Position numbers and translations under genes: made by a program. A stretch of DNA of 51,300 nt from Octopus sinensis. Lineage: Eukaryota. The notes under the pieces are model-generated. The model had not been told where the DNA came from. It saw only the letters and a list, made by a program, of their open reading frames with translations, and made no database searches. Positions 1 through 11,210 of this stretch are shown here, in pieces. Location of the stretch: the NCBI RefSeq assembly GCF_006345805.1, contig NW_021834169.1, forward strand, positions 1 through 51,300, given 5' to 3'. Positions within the stretch are counted from its first letter, which is position 1; each line of letters starts with the position of its first letter.

Positions 1-310
1 TCGGACACGAAGGATGCGGCGTAGACAATGGCTACGACTGGAACCAGGGTTGGGTGTAAAGCTTGTAGGCCTATGGTATCTCAAGTTCGTTGTGGGCCTC
101 TCATGCAGGGAAATTAAAATCCATGAAAATTAATCACAAAATTTACATGTCGACGTTCATCTATTGCAAGTAACCAGATTGATTAATTACGTACAGTTTG
201 GAACGACCTTCATTATTCGCGACTCCAATCAGTATTTTTATTATATTACATCTAAGTCCGAGCTAGCAAGGAATTCACGAGTCGAGAGACGAGGTGTCGA
301 TAACTTTTTT

Positions 311-538
311 TATTCTCTTACTTGTTTCAGTCATTTGACTGCGGGGATGCCGGAGTACCGCCTTTAGTCGAATCAAATCGACCCCAAGACTTATTCTTTG
401 TAAGCTTAGTAGTTATTCTCTCGGTCTCTTTTGCCAAACTGCGAAGTTACGGGGACCCAAACACACCAGCATCGGTTGTCAATCGATGTTGGGGGGACAA
501 ACACAGACACACAGCATATACACATACATACATATATA

Positions 539-569
<31 letters not shown>

Positions 570-705
570 GCACACACATATATATACGATGGGCTTCTTT
601 CAGTTTCCGTCTACCAATTTCACTCACAAGGCTTTGGTCGGCCCGTGGCTATAGTAGAAGACACTTCCCCAAGGTGCCACGCAGTGGTGCTGAACCTGGA
701 ACCTA
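311..705 (-). mobile_element. SINE family A (tRNA head + CORE-like body; probably one of the octopus OR-type SINEs), head truncated
   Basis: Matches other copies: tail cttgtttcagtcatttgactgcgg, internal CA/TA microsatellite, CORE-like gacactt..ccaaggtgccac, partial B-box. Confidence 0.85.
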
Positions 706-821
706 TGAATTATTATTTTGTTGTTTATGTGTATTTGCACGAAAGTACTAGATTGTTTCAATATTGTCAAAATTGCAAATAAGACGTGAAAATCAGGAAT
801 TTCATTAATATATATATATAA

Positions 822-1010
822 AAGGCCGGCATGATAAATCCTTCACATGTCGGACAAAATTGTTAGCGGCATTTGCTCCGGCTTTACAATTTGACTTCTC
901 ATCCTGCCGCTATTACATTTGACTTTTATTCCTTTCGGGTTCATAAAAGAAAGTACTAGTCAAGTGCTTGGACTGATGAAATCGATTTGTACCCTCCTCT
1001 CAAAACTGAT
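822..1010 (+). mobile_element. SINE family B, highly diverged
   Basis: Degenerate match to B body (tttgacttt..cctttcggg..aagtactagtcaagtg..gatgaaatcga). Confidence 0.55.
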
Positions 1011-1143
1011 TACCTCCCGTCCAGAGAGAATGTCGTGTTCTCGTTCATTTATACGCCATGGAAATCAGTTAGCAGGTCCTACACTTCTTCGGATGGGAGA
1101 AAGAAAATATACCAGCTCACGCAAGAATTTTACTTCCCAATCC

Positions 1144-1262
1144 TATGGCTCCGTATTTCGACCACTGTGTGACACGTTGAGCAAGACATTTCTACTATAG
1201 CTCTTGGCTGACCAGAGCCTTGAGAGTAGATTTGGTGGAGGGAAACTTAAAGCCCGTCACGT
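1144..1262 (+). mobile_element. SINE family A head/core fragment
   Basis: ttgagcaagacatttctactatag..gccttgagagtagatttggt matches A core. Confidence 0.7.
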
Positions 1263-1290
1263 GTTTGTGTGTGTGCATATATATATATAT

Positions 1291-1692
1291 TTTGCTCTTT
1301 TACTTGTTTCAGTCATTTGACTATGGCCATGCCGGAGCACCGCCTTTAGTCGAGCAAATCGACCACAGTACTTATTCTTTGTAAGCCTAGTACTTATTCT
1401 ATCGGTCTCTTTTGCCGAAACCGCTAAGTTACGGGAACGTAAACACACCAACATCGGTTGTCAAGCGATGTTGGGTGGAGGGGGGAAAACACACACACAA
1501 ACATATACACACACATATATATATATACATATATGCGACGGGTTTCTTTCAGTTTCCGTCTACCAAATCCACTCACAAGGCTTTGGTCGGCCCGAGGCTA
1601 TAGTAGAAGACACTTGCCCAAGTGCCACGCAGTGGGACTGAACCCAGAACCATGTGGTTCGTGAGCAAGCTACTTACCACACAGCCACTCCT
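1291..1692 (-). mobile_element. SINE family A, near full length (older subfamily)
   Basis: Tail, body and pol III A/B-box head (reverse complement ggctgtgtggtaag..gggttcagtcccac) all present. Confidence 0.92.
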
Positions 1693-1700
1693 ACATATTA

Positions 1701-1916
1701 CGAGGGGGTGCTAAAAACTTCTTATCTTTAGTTAGAAGAAAATACAGGAGGATCAGTTAATTATGATTTTATCCAACATATTCCCGTATCGGGTTCACAC
1801 ATTATTGCAGTGGCCCTTCCGCTTTTCTAAACATTGTTAAAGAACTCGAAAGGTTGGGCCTCCAACAAGGCCTTTAGCTACATCCTTAAAGCTAGGAACT
1901 TTTCAGCAACCCCTCG
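1701..1916 (-). mobile_element. Mariner-derived MITE, 216 bp
   Basis: ~30-bp imperfect TIRs (cgagggggtgctaaaaacttc / gaacttttcagcaacccctcg), TA on both sides; minus strand keeps a mariner-like C-terminal GEYV-stop. Confidence 0.85.
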
Positions 1917-1949
1917 TATATGAGTGTCTGTCTGTGTGTTTATCTTTTC

Positions 1950-2097
1950 TTACCACTCCCCTTGATAAACACTGTTGGTTTGTTTACGTCCTCGTAACTT
2001 AGCGGTTACATTGAACGTGTACGAGAGTTAAAAAGCAAATACTTTTCGCGGGAGTGCACCAGCATGGCCGCAGTTGAATGCCTGAAAGAAATGTAGA
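1950..2097 (+). mobile_element. SINE family A-related 3' fragment
   Basis: tttacgtcctcgtaacttagcggtt..caccagcatggccgcagtt..tgaaa. Confidence 0.7.
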
Positions 2098-2460
2098 CAG
2101 GCAGGCAAGACGGCAGGCAGGCAAGCAGGCAGGCATAAAGACATAGACAGACAGACAGATATAAAAACAGACAGACAGATATAAAAACAGACAGACAGGT
2201 ATGAAGACAGACAGGTATGAAGACAGACAGACATGAAGACAGACAGACATGAAGACAGACAGACATGAAGACGGACAGACATGAAGATACAGACATACAT
2301 ACAGACCGACAGACACACAGACAGACAGATATAAAGATAGACAGATATAAATATAGACAGATATAAAGATAGACAGATATAAAGATAGACAGATATAAAG
2401 ATAGACAGATGGATAGATAGATATATAAATACAGATATAATGATAGACAGATAGATAGGT
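2098..2460. repeat. Compound GCAG/ACAG/ATAG microsatellite with 16-20-bp higher-order units
   Basis: Repeated gacagacagacatgaa and gatagacagatataaa units. Confidence 0.95.
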
Positions 2461-2889
2461 ATAGAAATACGCACTCACATACATTACACACATATATACA
2501 GATACTGAAAGAAAAGGGTGCACAAAAGTTAAAGGCACGCACACAAACACTACACATTCATCTTTGGTTACCATTGAAGTCACGTGTCTTTATGGAAACT
2601 TAAACGGAAAAACGCAATTTGAAAATTCCTCTCATTATCGCATTGCCGCCTCCCATGGGGTCCGCGCGATGAACTCAAGTAACAGTCAATGGAAACTAGA
2701 AAAACGAACAAGAAATTAGATAAGCAACAAGAATAGGGGAAAAAAACAAACAATAAGAACCAGAACCAAGTTGGGTTGTGCACGTGTACTCCTTACCATA
2801 CACACATCATTGTACTCTTGTATCCGAGTATCCCCTACATCTCTGTGTTTGTATGTGTGTGTATGTATAATATATAAAACATTAATACG

Positions 2890-2905
2890 TATATATTTAT
2901 ATATG

Positions 2906-2945
<40 letters not shown>

Positions 2946-2948
2946 GTC

Positions 2949-2981
<33 letters not shown>

Positions 2982-3032
2982 GTATATATAATATATATAT
3001 ATATATATATAATATATATATATAAAGCATAC

Positions 3033-3065
<33 letters not shown>

Positions 3066-3237
3066 CATACGTATATATATATATATATATATAGATATAA
3101 GCATACGTATATATATATATATATATATATATATAAGCATACGTATTATATATATATATATATATATATAATAATATATAATATATAATATATATATACA
3201 TACGATATATATATATATATATAAGCATACGTATATA

Positions 3238-3268
<31 letters not shown>

Positions 3269-3317
3269 AGCATACGTATATATATAATATATATATAATA
3301 CATATATATAGCATATA

Positions 3318-3353
<36 letters not shown>

Positions 3354-3358
3354 CATAC

Positions 3359-3411
<53 letters not shown>

Positions 3412-3734
3412 AAGCATACGTATATATAATATATATATATAAGCATACGTAATATATATTATATATTATATATATATATAATAAAGCATACGTATATCTA
3501 TATATATATATATACATAAGCATACGTATATATATATTATATATATAACATACACGTATATTATATATATATATATATATAATATATATAAGCATACTAT
3601 ATATAATATATATATATAAGCATACGTATATATATATATATATAAGCATACGTATATATATAATATAAGCTACGTATATATATATATATATATAATATAT
3701 AACATACGTATATATATATATATATAGCATAACG

Positions 3735-3767
<33 letters not shown>

Positions 3768-3866
3768 CATACGTAATATAATATATATTATATATATATA
3801 ATATATATATAATATATATATTATATATATAAGCATACGTATATATATATATATATATAAAAGCAT
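2890..3866. repeat. (TA)n array punctuated by AGCATACG
   Basis: More than 20 copies of taagcatacgta separated by variable (TA)n. Confidence 0.95.
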
Positions 3867-4116
3867 ACTGGGAGAAAGGAAAGAAACGAAACGACGCGAG
3901 GGCGCTCAGTCATACAATAATGTAATAATAAATATATGCATACATACATACATATATGTACGTACCTACATCTACATGTATATATACATGCATATATAAA
4001 TATGTATAATATATGAGTACAGGACAACCACAAATAGACGTAAACTCAACGAGAAACAAACATAAACACAAGGGAACGGACTTTTATTTACACACGAAAA
4101 AACAGAACACAGGACA

Positions 4117-4118
<2 letters not shown>

Positions 4119-4161
<43 letters not shown>

Positions 4162-4258
4162 GTAATATATATATAAGCATACGTATATATAGTTATATAT
4201 AAGCATACCGTTATATATTTATATATATACATATGTATTATATTATATATAGTATATA

Positions 4259-4291
<33 letters not shown>

Positions 4292-4415
4292 AGGCATACG
4301 TATATATTTGATATACATATATAAATATCCATACTTAAATACGTCTGTGTATCTGTGTATACATGCATATATCAGCATACGTGTATGTATATATATGTCA
4401 TACATATGTAAATAT

Positions 4416-4464
<49 letters not shown>

Positions 4465-4585
4465 CATACATATATAAACAGCCATATATTTGTGTGTGTG
4501 TGTGTGTATATATATGTATATATATATATAAGCATTCGTACATATGTATATATACATATATACTGAACACTCACACGCACACTTA
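4119..4585. repeat. TA/CA/TG compound microsatellite
   Basis: Direct reading. Confidence 0.95.
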
Positions 4586-4764
4586 TATGTATATATAATT
4601 ATTTGTTTATTTAGGAAAATTGTAGAGACGGGGGTTCGTGTTATACCGTGAAGAGATATGTTTTAGCTAAGAAAATAACATACATTCTATACTCCTTATG
4701 ATCCTTTACGCTATGAGATCAAATCCCGACAGGTGATCCGATTCTAACTCCTATTTTCTACCAG

Positions 4765-4842
4765 GTAGTGTTATTGGAAAACTTGCTATCATTCACGAAA
4801 CGTGGTGTAAATCTGGAGTATGCGAGAAATGTCATCGATAAG
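4765..4842 (+). CDS. Candidate internal exon, 78 nt, phase 0-0: VVLLENLLSFTKRGVNLEYARNVIDK (protein not recognised)
   Basis: Acceptor ctattttctaccag, donor AAG|gtaacg, only one frame open; unique sequence. Confidence 0.25.
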
Positions 4843-5183
4843 GTAACGATTGGCCACGGAAAGACTGACAAATCTAATTGATTGATTGTCTGACCTAACG
4901 TTTGATCAAACTATCGCTTGGCTAATTGGTTAGATTGTTCTCAATTTGATTAAAAAGATAAAGAAATGAAATAGAACCAGTGCGTGTGTTTATTGGCATA
5001 ATGACCCTCCCAAGATGCAACAATATATGTTTCAAGGTACGAATTCACATCAATAATCTTGCAAACCAACGGAAACAACGTATGGTGTTGATAGAATGCA
5101 ATAATTGTGAAACATCGGCATCCACAGCTCTTGGGTTGATCCGAGACGAGTTGTTTCTCTTGGTCAATGACTTTCATGTGTTT

Positions 5184-5222
<39 letters not shown>

Positions 5223-5444
5223 ACACACTCACGTGTATACAAATAGATAAACAGAAAGATAGAAAACCATCAAATCAGGTATAAAAAGCGAATGCAGATC
5301 TGATTCTCATGATTTGTATATGATTACAGCCGTTTCGTGATGTTTTAACTCAGTGACACACATACACACACGTATATACATATGTAGACAGATACCTAGC
5401 TAGCTAGCTAGATAGATAGATATAGCTATACTTGAGCCTCCACA

Positions 5445-5592
5445 CAATTTCCGCCGACTAAAGCCATCACACATCTGTAGTCGGCCCAGGGTTATAAGTA
5501 GGCACCTGCCCGATGCTGCGCAGTTAGGACTGAACCCCAAGCCATATTACTGCCAAACAATATTCTTAAGCACGCAGCCATACCTGCGCCTA
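5445..5592 (-). mobile_element. SINE family A head/core, diverged
   Basis: gtcggccc..ggactgaaccc..cagccatacctgcgccta. Confidence 0.75.
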
Positions 5593-5636
5593 TCACTCAT
5601 TTACATTCATTCAAATTCTCTTCCATTTTTGACCAG

Positions 5637-5745
5637 AAATTATCGTTTACTAAGCGTGTAATTTTTATTAAGATCTTCAGCTTCATGCAACAAATACACC
5701 ATCACCCAATTTACTATTCCCATTTCATGCTGATGGCTTCCCTGG
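5637..5745 (+). CDS. Candidate exon, 109 nt, phase 0-1: KLSFTKRVIFIKIFSFMQQIHHHPIYYSHFMLMASL
   Basis: Acceptor ttccatttttgaccag, donor GG|gtaatc, one frame open. Confidence 0.15.
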
Positions 5746-6325
5746 GTAATCCTCAGCTGTGTTACTTTTGCATAGATTGTCGTTACTAAATATAGTTGTG
5801 TATACTTTGACCCAAACATTTCTTTGATAAATAACAACGTTGAAGATTATCTCTTTAAAGGCAAGCTCTCACACCAAAAGTCAACATCAATTTATACACA
5901 CACATACACACAGGCATATACAACCTTAATCAGTCAGAAAATTTACGAGGGAGAAAAACACTGCTATCAAACACCAGTAAATTTACGCGAGAGAGAACAG
6001 CGCTATCAATTCTAAAGGATTTCGGGCTTTCAAAATACGGATACGAAAAATGGAACATAAATAAAAGTGTTTAGGAATGTCCTGCTACGTTTAGTGTTGA
6101 AGTAAATAATAGCAATAATAACACGTACACTTTAGCAGCAGTAAAAACCGCATACGTTTAATGAATAAAAGGAGGTTTGTCGATTTAATAGACAAAAGTA
6201 CTTAACTGGTACTTATTTTATCGGAAGGCGTTAAGATGAAAGAGAAATTCAAATGTTGTAAGATTTAGATTAAGATTTTGAAAGAAAAGTGTTTCCTAGG
6301 CTTTCCAGCCAGATTTGAACCTTAA

Positions 6326-6541
6326 CCTAAAACTAAACTGGATCTCTTCTTGTTGGGGGTCCGAGATGAGCCTACCTCTCGGCAGGAGACACAGATGCGA
6401 GCAGCGGCATCTAACTCCCTTGTTGACCAAGTGCCACGTATCAGAGGTGGATTCACATACTAGTGTAGCTCATTCAACGGTGGTGCCCCAGCATGGCCGC
6501 AGCCTCCGGGCTGAAACATTTTTAAGGATTTTAAGGATTTA
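6326..6541 (+). mobile_element. 3' end of a CR1/L2-group LINE (ORF2 C-terminus, 3' UTR, tail)
   Basis: 6329-6463 reads KTKLDLFLLGVRDEPTSRQETQMRAAASNSLVDQVPRIRGGFTY*, matching the KLD.FL..VPDEP..RA..SNSL..Q ORF2 end as I recall it; then UTR hairpin and (TTTAAGGA)2 tail. Confidence 0.75.
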
Positions 6542-6763
6542 TATAGGGACATAGGAAAATCGCATTAGTTTTCTGCTTACGTTGCTACGTTAGGAATGAC
6601 AACATATCTCGGACGGGGCTGCATGTCACATATACGTATAGCTGACCAAAAGCTCATCCTCGAAAATGAGATCTGAGTTGTTGGATGTCGCTAACCGGTC
6701 AGTATGTCAACGGCACCAGAAGATGCAAATTATGTGTCACACAAAATCAACATATTCGTTTCA

Positions 6764-6955
6764 AATTTTGGAACGACAACAAAATTTCAAGGAGAAATAA
6801 GTCGATTACATCGACCCAGTTTTCTACTGGTACTTATTTTATCGACCCCAGAAATTTGAAAGATAAGGTCGACTTCTGCGGAATTTAAACGCAGAACTTA
6901 AAGACGGATGAAATGCCACTAAGCATCTTACCTTCATGTTAACGATTCTGCCAGA
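6764..6955 (-). mobile_element. SINE family B, diverged
   Basis: aagtcgattacatcgaccc..ggtacttattttatcgacccc..gcggaattt..gattctgccag. Confidence 0.8.
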
Positions 6956-7064
6956 TTTAATATAGTATACCGCACGGAGTTCTACCAATGATATAAATCA
7001 TTCGCTCGGAAAGTTTCAGAGTATGGCTTCGCATATATATGTTCCAGTTCAAATTTTATACCCA

Positions 7065-7463
7065 ACTAGCAGTATCGCCCGGCGTTGCTCGGGTTTGTAA
7101 AGGAAATAACTATAAAGTATTTTTAGAGAGTTATAGCCAAAAAACAGCAAAAAATGCATTAAAAATGGAAAAAAAATTATGGTAAATTTTTTTTAAATCG
7201 TTGACTCATCGTAGACATTTTTAGAGAGTTACTTCCCTTTATTTAAAAAATATGCTTTAAAATGGAGAAAAATTATGGTAAATTATTTTTAAAATCGTAG
7301 ACTCATCCTAGACGCGCGCTAATACCCAGAAGGGCTCGATATGAATCACGACTATAAGATACCCGGTTTTGGTTAAACTGCACCGCAAAATGTGGGAGTA
7401 GTTAGGAATCTAAATCGTAGGAGACAGACACTCACACAACTTCACTTTTATATATATATAGAT
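7065..7463 (+). mobile_element. Non-autonomous Helitron/Helentron-type element (Lep1/DINE-1-like), ~400 bp
   Basis: Starts ACTAGC followed by subterminal hairpin cccggcgttgctcggg; ends acagacac..acttcacttttatatatatatagat; internal ~95-bp tandem duplication. Confidence 0.7.
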
Positions 7464-7722
7464 ATGTTACTCCACATGCATTTATTAATCATTATTATCC
7501 GCGGGCAAGACATTAAGGGAACTTCTTTTTAAAGTCAGACAACTACACAAATGCAACGGTGGTAGTGTCATAGCCGCAGTTTTAAAGTGTTTTTAAACGC
7601 ATACAACTAGATTTTCGACCCTACCCCACCCACAAAAAAAACAACAAAATGTCATTATTAGATCTTTTCGCTACTGAATCGCGTGCACTAGCAAAAAAAA
7701 TGCATGTGTATTTACTTGCGCA

Positions 7723-7736
7723 GTAAACATAGCAAC
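7723..7736 (+). promoter_or_regulatory. RFX X-box-like site overlapping a Forkhead site
   Basis: GTAAACATAGCAAC: one mismatch to GTHNYYATRRNAAC, contains GTAAACA; motif match only. Confidence 0.25.
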
Positions 7737-7795
7737 GTTTCTCGGGACACTGCCTCGTGAATGTCACTGCTACCTCTGGCTGAGAACGCAACCGT

Positions 7796-7815
7796 GTGCT
7801 GCCATCTGTTGGCGC
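7796..7815 (-). promoter_or_regulatory. CTCF-like motif
   Basis: Minus strand GCGCCAACAGATGGCAGCAC, 13/14 match to CCASYAGRKGGCRS, in a locally CpG-rich unique stretch. Confidence 0.35.
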
Positions 7816-7850
7816 GTTGCAGAAATAGTCCGGAAACGTTTTGTAAGCAT

Positions 7851-8113
7851 AGTTACTTATTCTGTCGTCTCTATTGCCGAAACGTGGACGTAAACACACC
7901 AACATCGGTTCTCAATCGATGGTGGGGTGGGAACAAACACACACACACACACGTATATATACGACAAGCTTCTATAAGTTTCCTTCTACCAAATCCACCC
8001 AGGGCTTTAGTCGGCCCGAGTCTATAGTAGAAGACACTTGCGCAAGGTGCCAGGCAGTGTGACTGAAATCAGAACCATGTGCTTGGTAAGCAAGCTACTT
8101 AACACACAGCCAT
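7851..8113 (-). mobile_element. SINE family A, tail-truncated
   Basis: Body, internal microsatellite and head match the other copies. Confidence 0.85.
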
Positions 8114-8195
8114 ATATATACATACATATATATACACACACATATATACACATATACATATATATATATACACACACACACACATCTATATATAC

Positions 8196-8226
<31 letters not shown>

Positions 8227-8427
8227 TATATACATACATACATATACACACACATACATATATATACACATACATATATACACATATACATATATATATA
8301 TACACACACACACATCTATATATACATATATATATATACACACATATATATATATACACACATATATATACATATATATACACACATATACATACATGCT
8401 GACATACACACACACACACACACATAT
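8114..8427. repeat. CA/TA compound microsatellite with internal duplication
   Basis: Direct reading. Confidence 0.95.
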
Positions 8428-8939
8428 AAAGTGTGAGTGAAAGGGGAAGTGGAATGTAATAGACGCAGATTCCAGTGATAAATAGAATTGTTTATTCAAT
8501 CGTGTTTCATATCTTTGTTTATCTCTCTCCTTGTTTATTTACATAAATATATATTTATATTTATTTATAATTTGCTTTTCATGCAGTGAGAGCATTTTCT
8601 TTGGAACTCTTTCTATACTCAATGAGTATCAAAAAAAAAAAAAAAAAAAAAAAAAAAGAAAGAAAGAAAAATCCCCCAAAACAATCAATCTCACGATAAA
8701 ACGAGCAATCTACCGAAGGATAATAAAACAGGAGATATCATGTACGGATATCACACGCCCTTATTTTATACCATCATTTATCATGTATTTCATGCATGTT
8801 TTTTTGTATATTTATACGTATTATTTCGCCCTTATTGATTGTAAGTTGTATAAAAGATTAAAGAAGAAATTTTAAAAGTAGCATATGTGTTTCTTCTTCA
8901 CCATCTTTCTTTCTTTCGTTCTTCCATTCTTTCTTTCTT

Positions 8940-9264
8940 ACTCTCTATCTCTCTCTCTATCTCTCTCTCATTCTCTCTCTCTTTCTCTCTCTCATTCTCT
9001 CTCTCTTTCTCTCTCTTTGTAGACATATGCGTGCTTGCGTGTGTCTATACACACATTTCTATAGTTGTATGATTATACACTCGAATAAATTTATGTCTAT
9101 ATATGTGTGTACATATATATATATATATATATACTTAGACATGTGCAAATATATATATATACATGATATATATATATATGCTTGTATGTATATATAAATA
9201 TATATATACACTTTTATATATATATATATATATAACTTATATAATATATATATATATATATACT

Positions 9265-9295
<31 letters not shown>

Positions 9296-9383
9296 GTATG
9301 CATATGTATATATATATGCTTATATGTATCTATATATATATATATACACTTTTATATACATATATATATAATTGTATGCATAT

Positions 9384-9418
<35 letters not shown>

Positions 9419-9450
9419 GATATGTATGTATGTATGTATGTATATATGTA
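8940..9450. repeat. (CT)n followed by (TA)n/(TATG)n arrays
   Basis: Direct reading. Confidence 0.9.
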
Positions 9451-9624
9451 GGGTGGAGCATGTTTTTATGTATGATAGAATTGTTGTATTAGTGTGTGTG
9501 TGTGAGTTAGTAAGTTTAAGCCGTTGTTTTATGTTTATTAGATAAAGAAAGTGTTTGTGTTGTGTGTCTGAGCATGTTGAACCGGTAATGGATAGTCCTA
9601 TGATAGCTTTGTGCATTTTCTCAG

Positions 9625-9684
9625 AAACTGATAAAGAACTGGCAACTATTGAATTAATTGCTTCGTTTTGCAACACAAATTTCG
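9625..9684 (+). CDS. Candidate internal exon, 60 nt, phase 1-1: (E)TDKELATIELIASFCNTNF (protein not recognised)
   Basis: Acceptor tttgtgcattttctcag, donor G|gtagga, symmetric open frame. Confidence 0.25.
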
Positions 9685-9925
9685 GTAGGAAGAAATGAAC
9701 GACCCTTTTGGGTGTAGGATTCGCAACTTGAAGAAAGTAGTTTATACAGGCGTTATATGGGGATTAAGATATATGAGTGAGAAAGATAGAATGAAGGAGA
9801 GAGAGAGAAAGACAGGTGGATTAGTGAGAGGGATGGAGGGAGAGGAATAAAGATAAAAGGAGTTTGAGAGAGGAGAAATGGAGATAATTTGAGAGGAATT
9901 GGTTCATAGTCAGCATGATTATATA

Positions 9926-10727
9926 CAGGGTGCTATGGGTAAATTGTCGGTATTTTAAATTTTAAATTTCGCGCATGCGCACTGTTTTTTAATTATATTT
10001 TGATGCCTACACAGTATTGTAGGGACAGTTGAGCACCGTCTGTGAGAAAAATAGTACCATGACGCAATTCACTTGCTGTACTGTTTGGCATTGGCGCCTG
10101 AAGCTTCAATACGAACATTTCAGAGTGTTTGGCTGTCAATCTGATAAAAATCAAACATCCAGTCAACATCGTGATATTTGGAGTCATCACTAATGATGGA
10201 GACGTTAAGTCTCCATTTATCTTCCTACACGGCCTCACACACAACACGCAAGCCTTCATCAAGTGCCTGGAGAAGGTAGTGCTGCATTGGCTCAAGAAGG
10301 TGGATGCTGGAAGACCCTATGTCTGGCAACATGACTCTGCACAAGCAGGAGAACCCAGTCATGGCTGTCAGACAATTTCTGCGACTACATCATCCCTAGC
10401 ATCTGGTCACCTAACTCCCCAGACTGCAACCCCTTGATTATTATGTGCGGGGCGCAGTTGAGCGAGAGACCAACAAAACTCCTTATAACACCAAAGATGA
10501 ACTGAAGGCAAGGATTACGGCAGCATTCACCAACTTAAACTAGGAGACAGTTCAGAAGATGTCATCTGAAGGCCGTGGTTGAAACCAATGGCGATTTTAT
10601 TGAATAAATTTGCTCTTTAGTATTTCAAGATATTTTAATGTAATTTTGGTAAACATATCTGTTAAAATGAGATGTCAGTATTACTATCATTTTTGTGTAA
10701 TTTAGATAACTTATTCACCGCACCCTG
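9926..10727 (+). mobile_element. Internally deleted Tc1/mariner element, DD37D (maT-like), transposase pseudogene
   Basis: TIRs cagggtgc..gcaccctg with TA TSD; GRPYVWQHDSA then, after frameshifts, SRRTQSWLSDNF..IWSPNSPDCNPLDYY; spacing is 37 residues if four deleted residues are restored. Confidence 0.9.
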
Positions 10728-10786
10728 TATATCTGCACGCTCGCACGTATGTGTATGTATGAGTAACACACACACACACACTCACT

Positions 10787-10822
<36 letters not shown>

Positions 10823-11210
10823 AACATATGTATCTATCCATCACTTCGTATAGATAAACAGACAGAGGTGTGTGTGTGTAAGCTTTGCGTTCGTGAATAG
10901 CTGAGGGTTGGAATTGGTGCTGATGAAAGAGTAATAATTCTTGAAATATGTATATACACTCATTAAATATTTTTCTATTGAATATCTTCCATTGCATTGT
11001 ATACATAAACGTATTCGTATACAAAACATAATTCACTGTACTCGCTCTAAATTGTATAGAAAATTTGTAGTTTATCACTTTTACAGAACATAAGGTATAT
11101 GGCATTCGACCGTAAGACAAATTAAATGAATTTGAAAGACAACGATGTATTCCGTACAAAAATCATCTTACAAATATTTTACATGAATTCTAGTCTATAC
11201 GTGAATTCTA

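Noticed and set aside
1-120. Minus-strand HCLRRILRVR resembling the LINE RT C-terminal CLRRIL motif; plus-strand GHEGCGVDNGYDWNQGWV*
   Set aside because: Flanking residues do not continue either pattern and the window edge cuts off the context.
8632-8670. A26 run as a possible retrocopy tail
   Set aside because: No upstream ORF, SINE body or TSD was found.
10920-10965. CTGATGA + 6-bp stem II + GAAA hammerhead-like start
   Set aside because: Stem III cannot close onto a UH triplet and there is no stem I.
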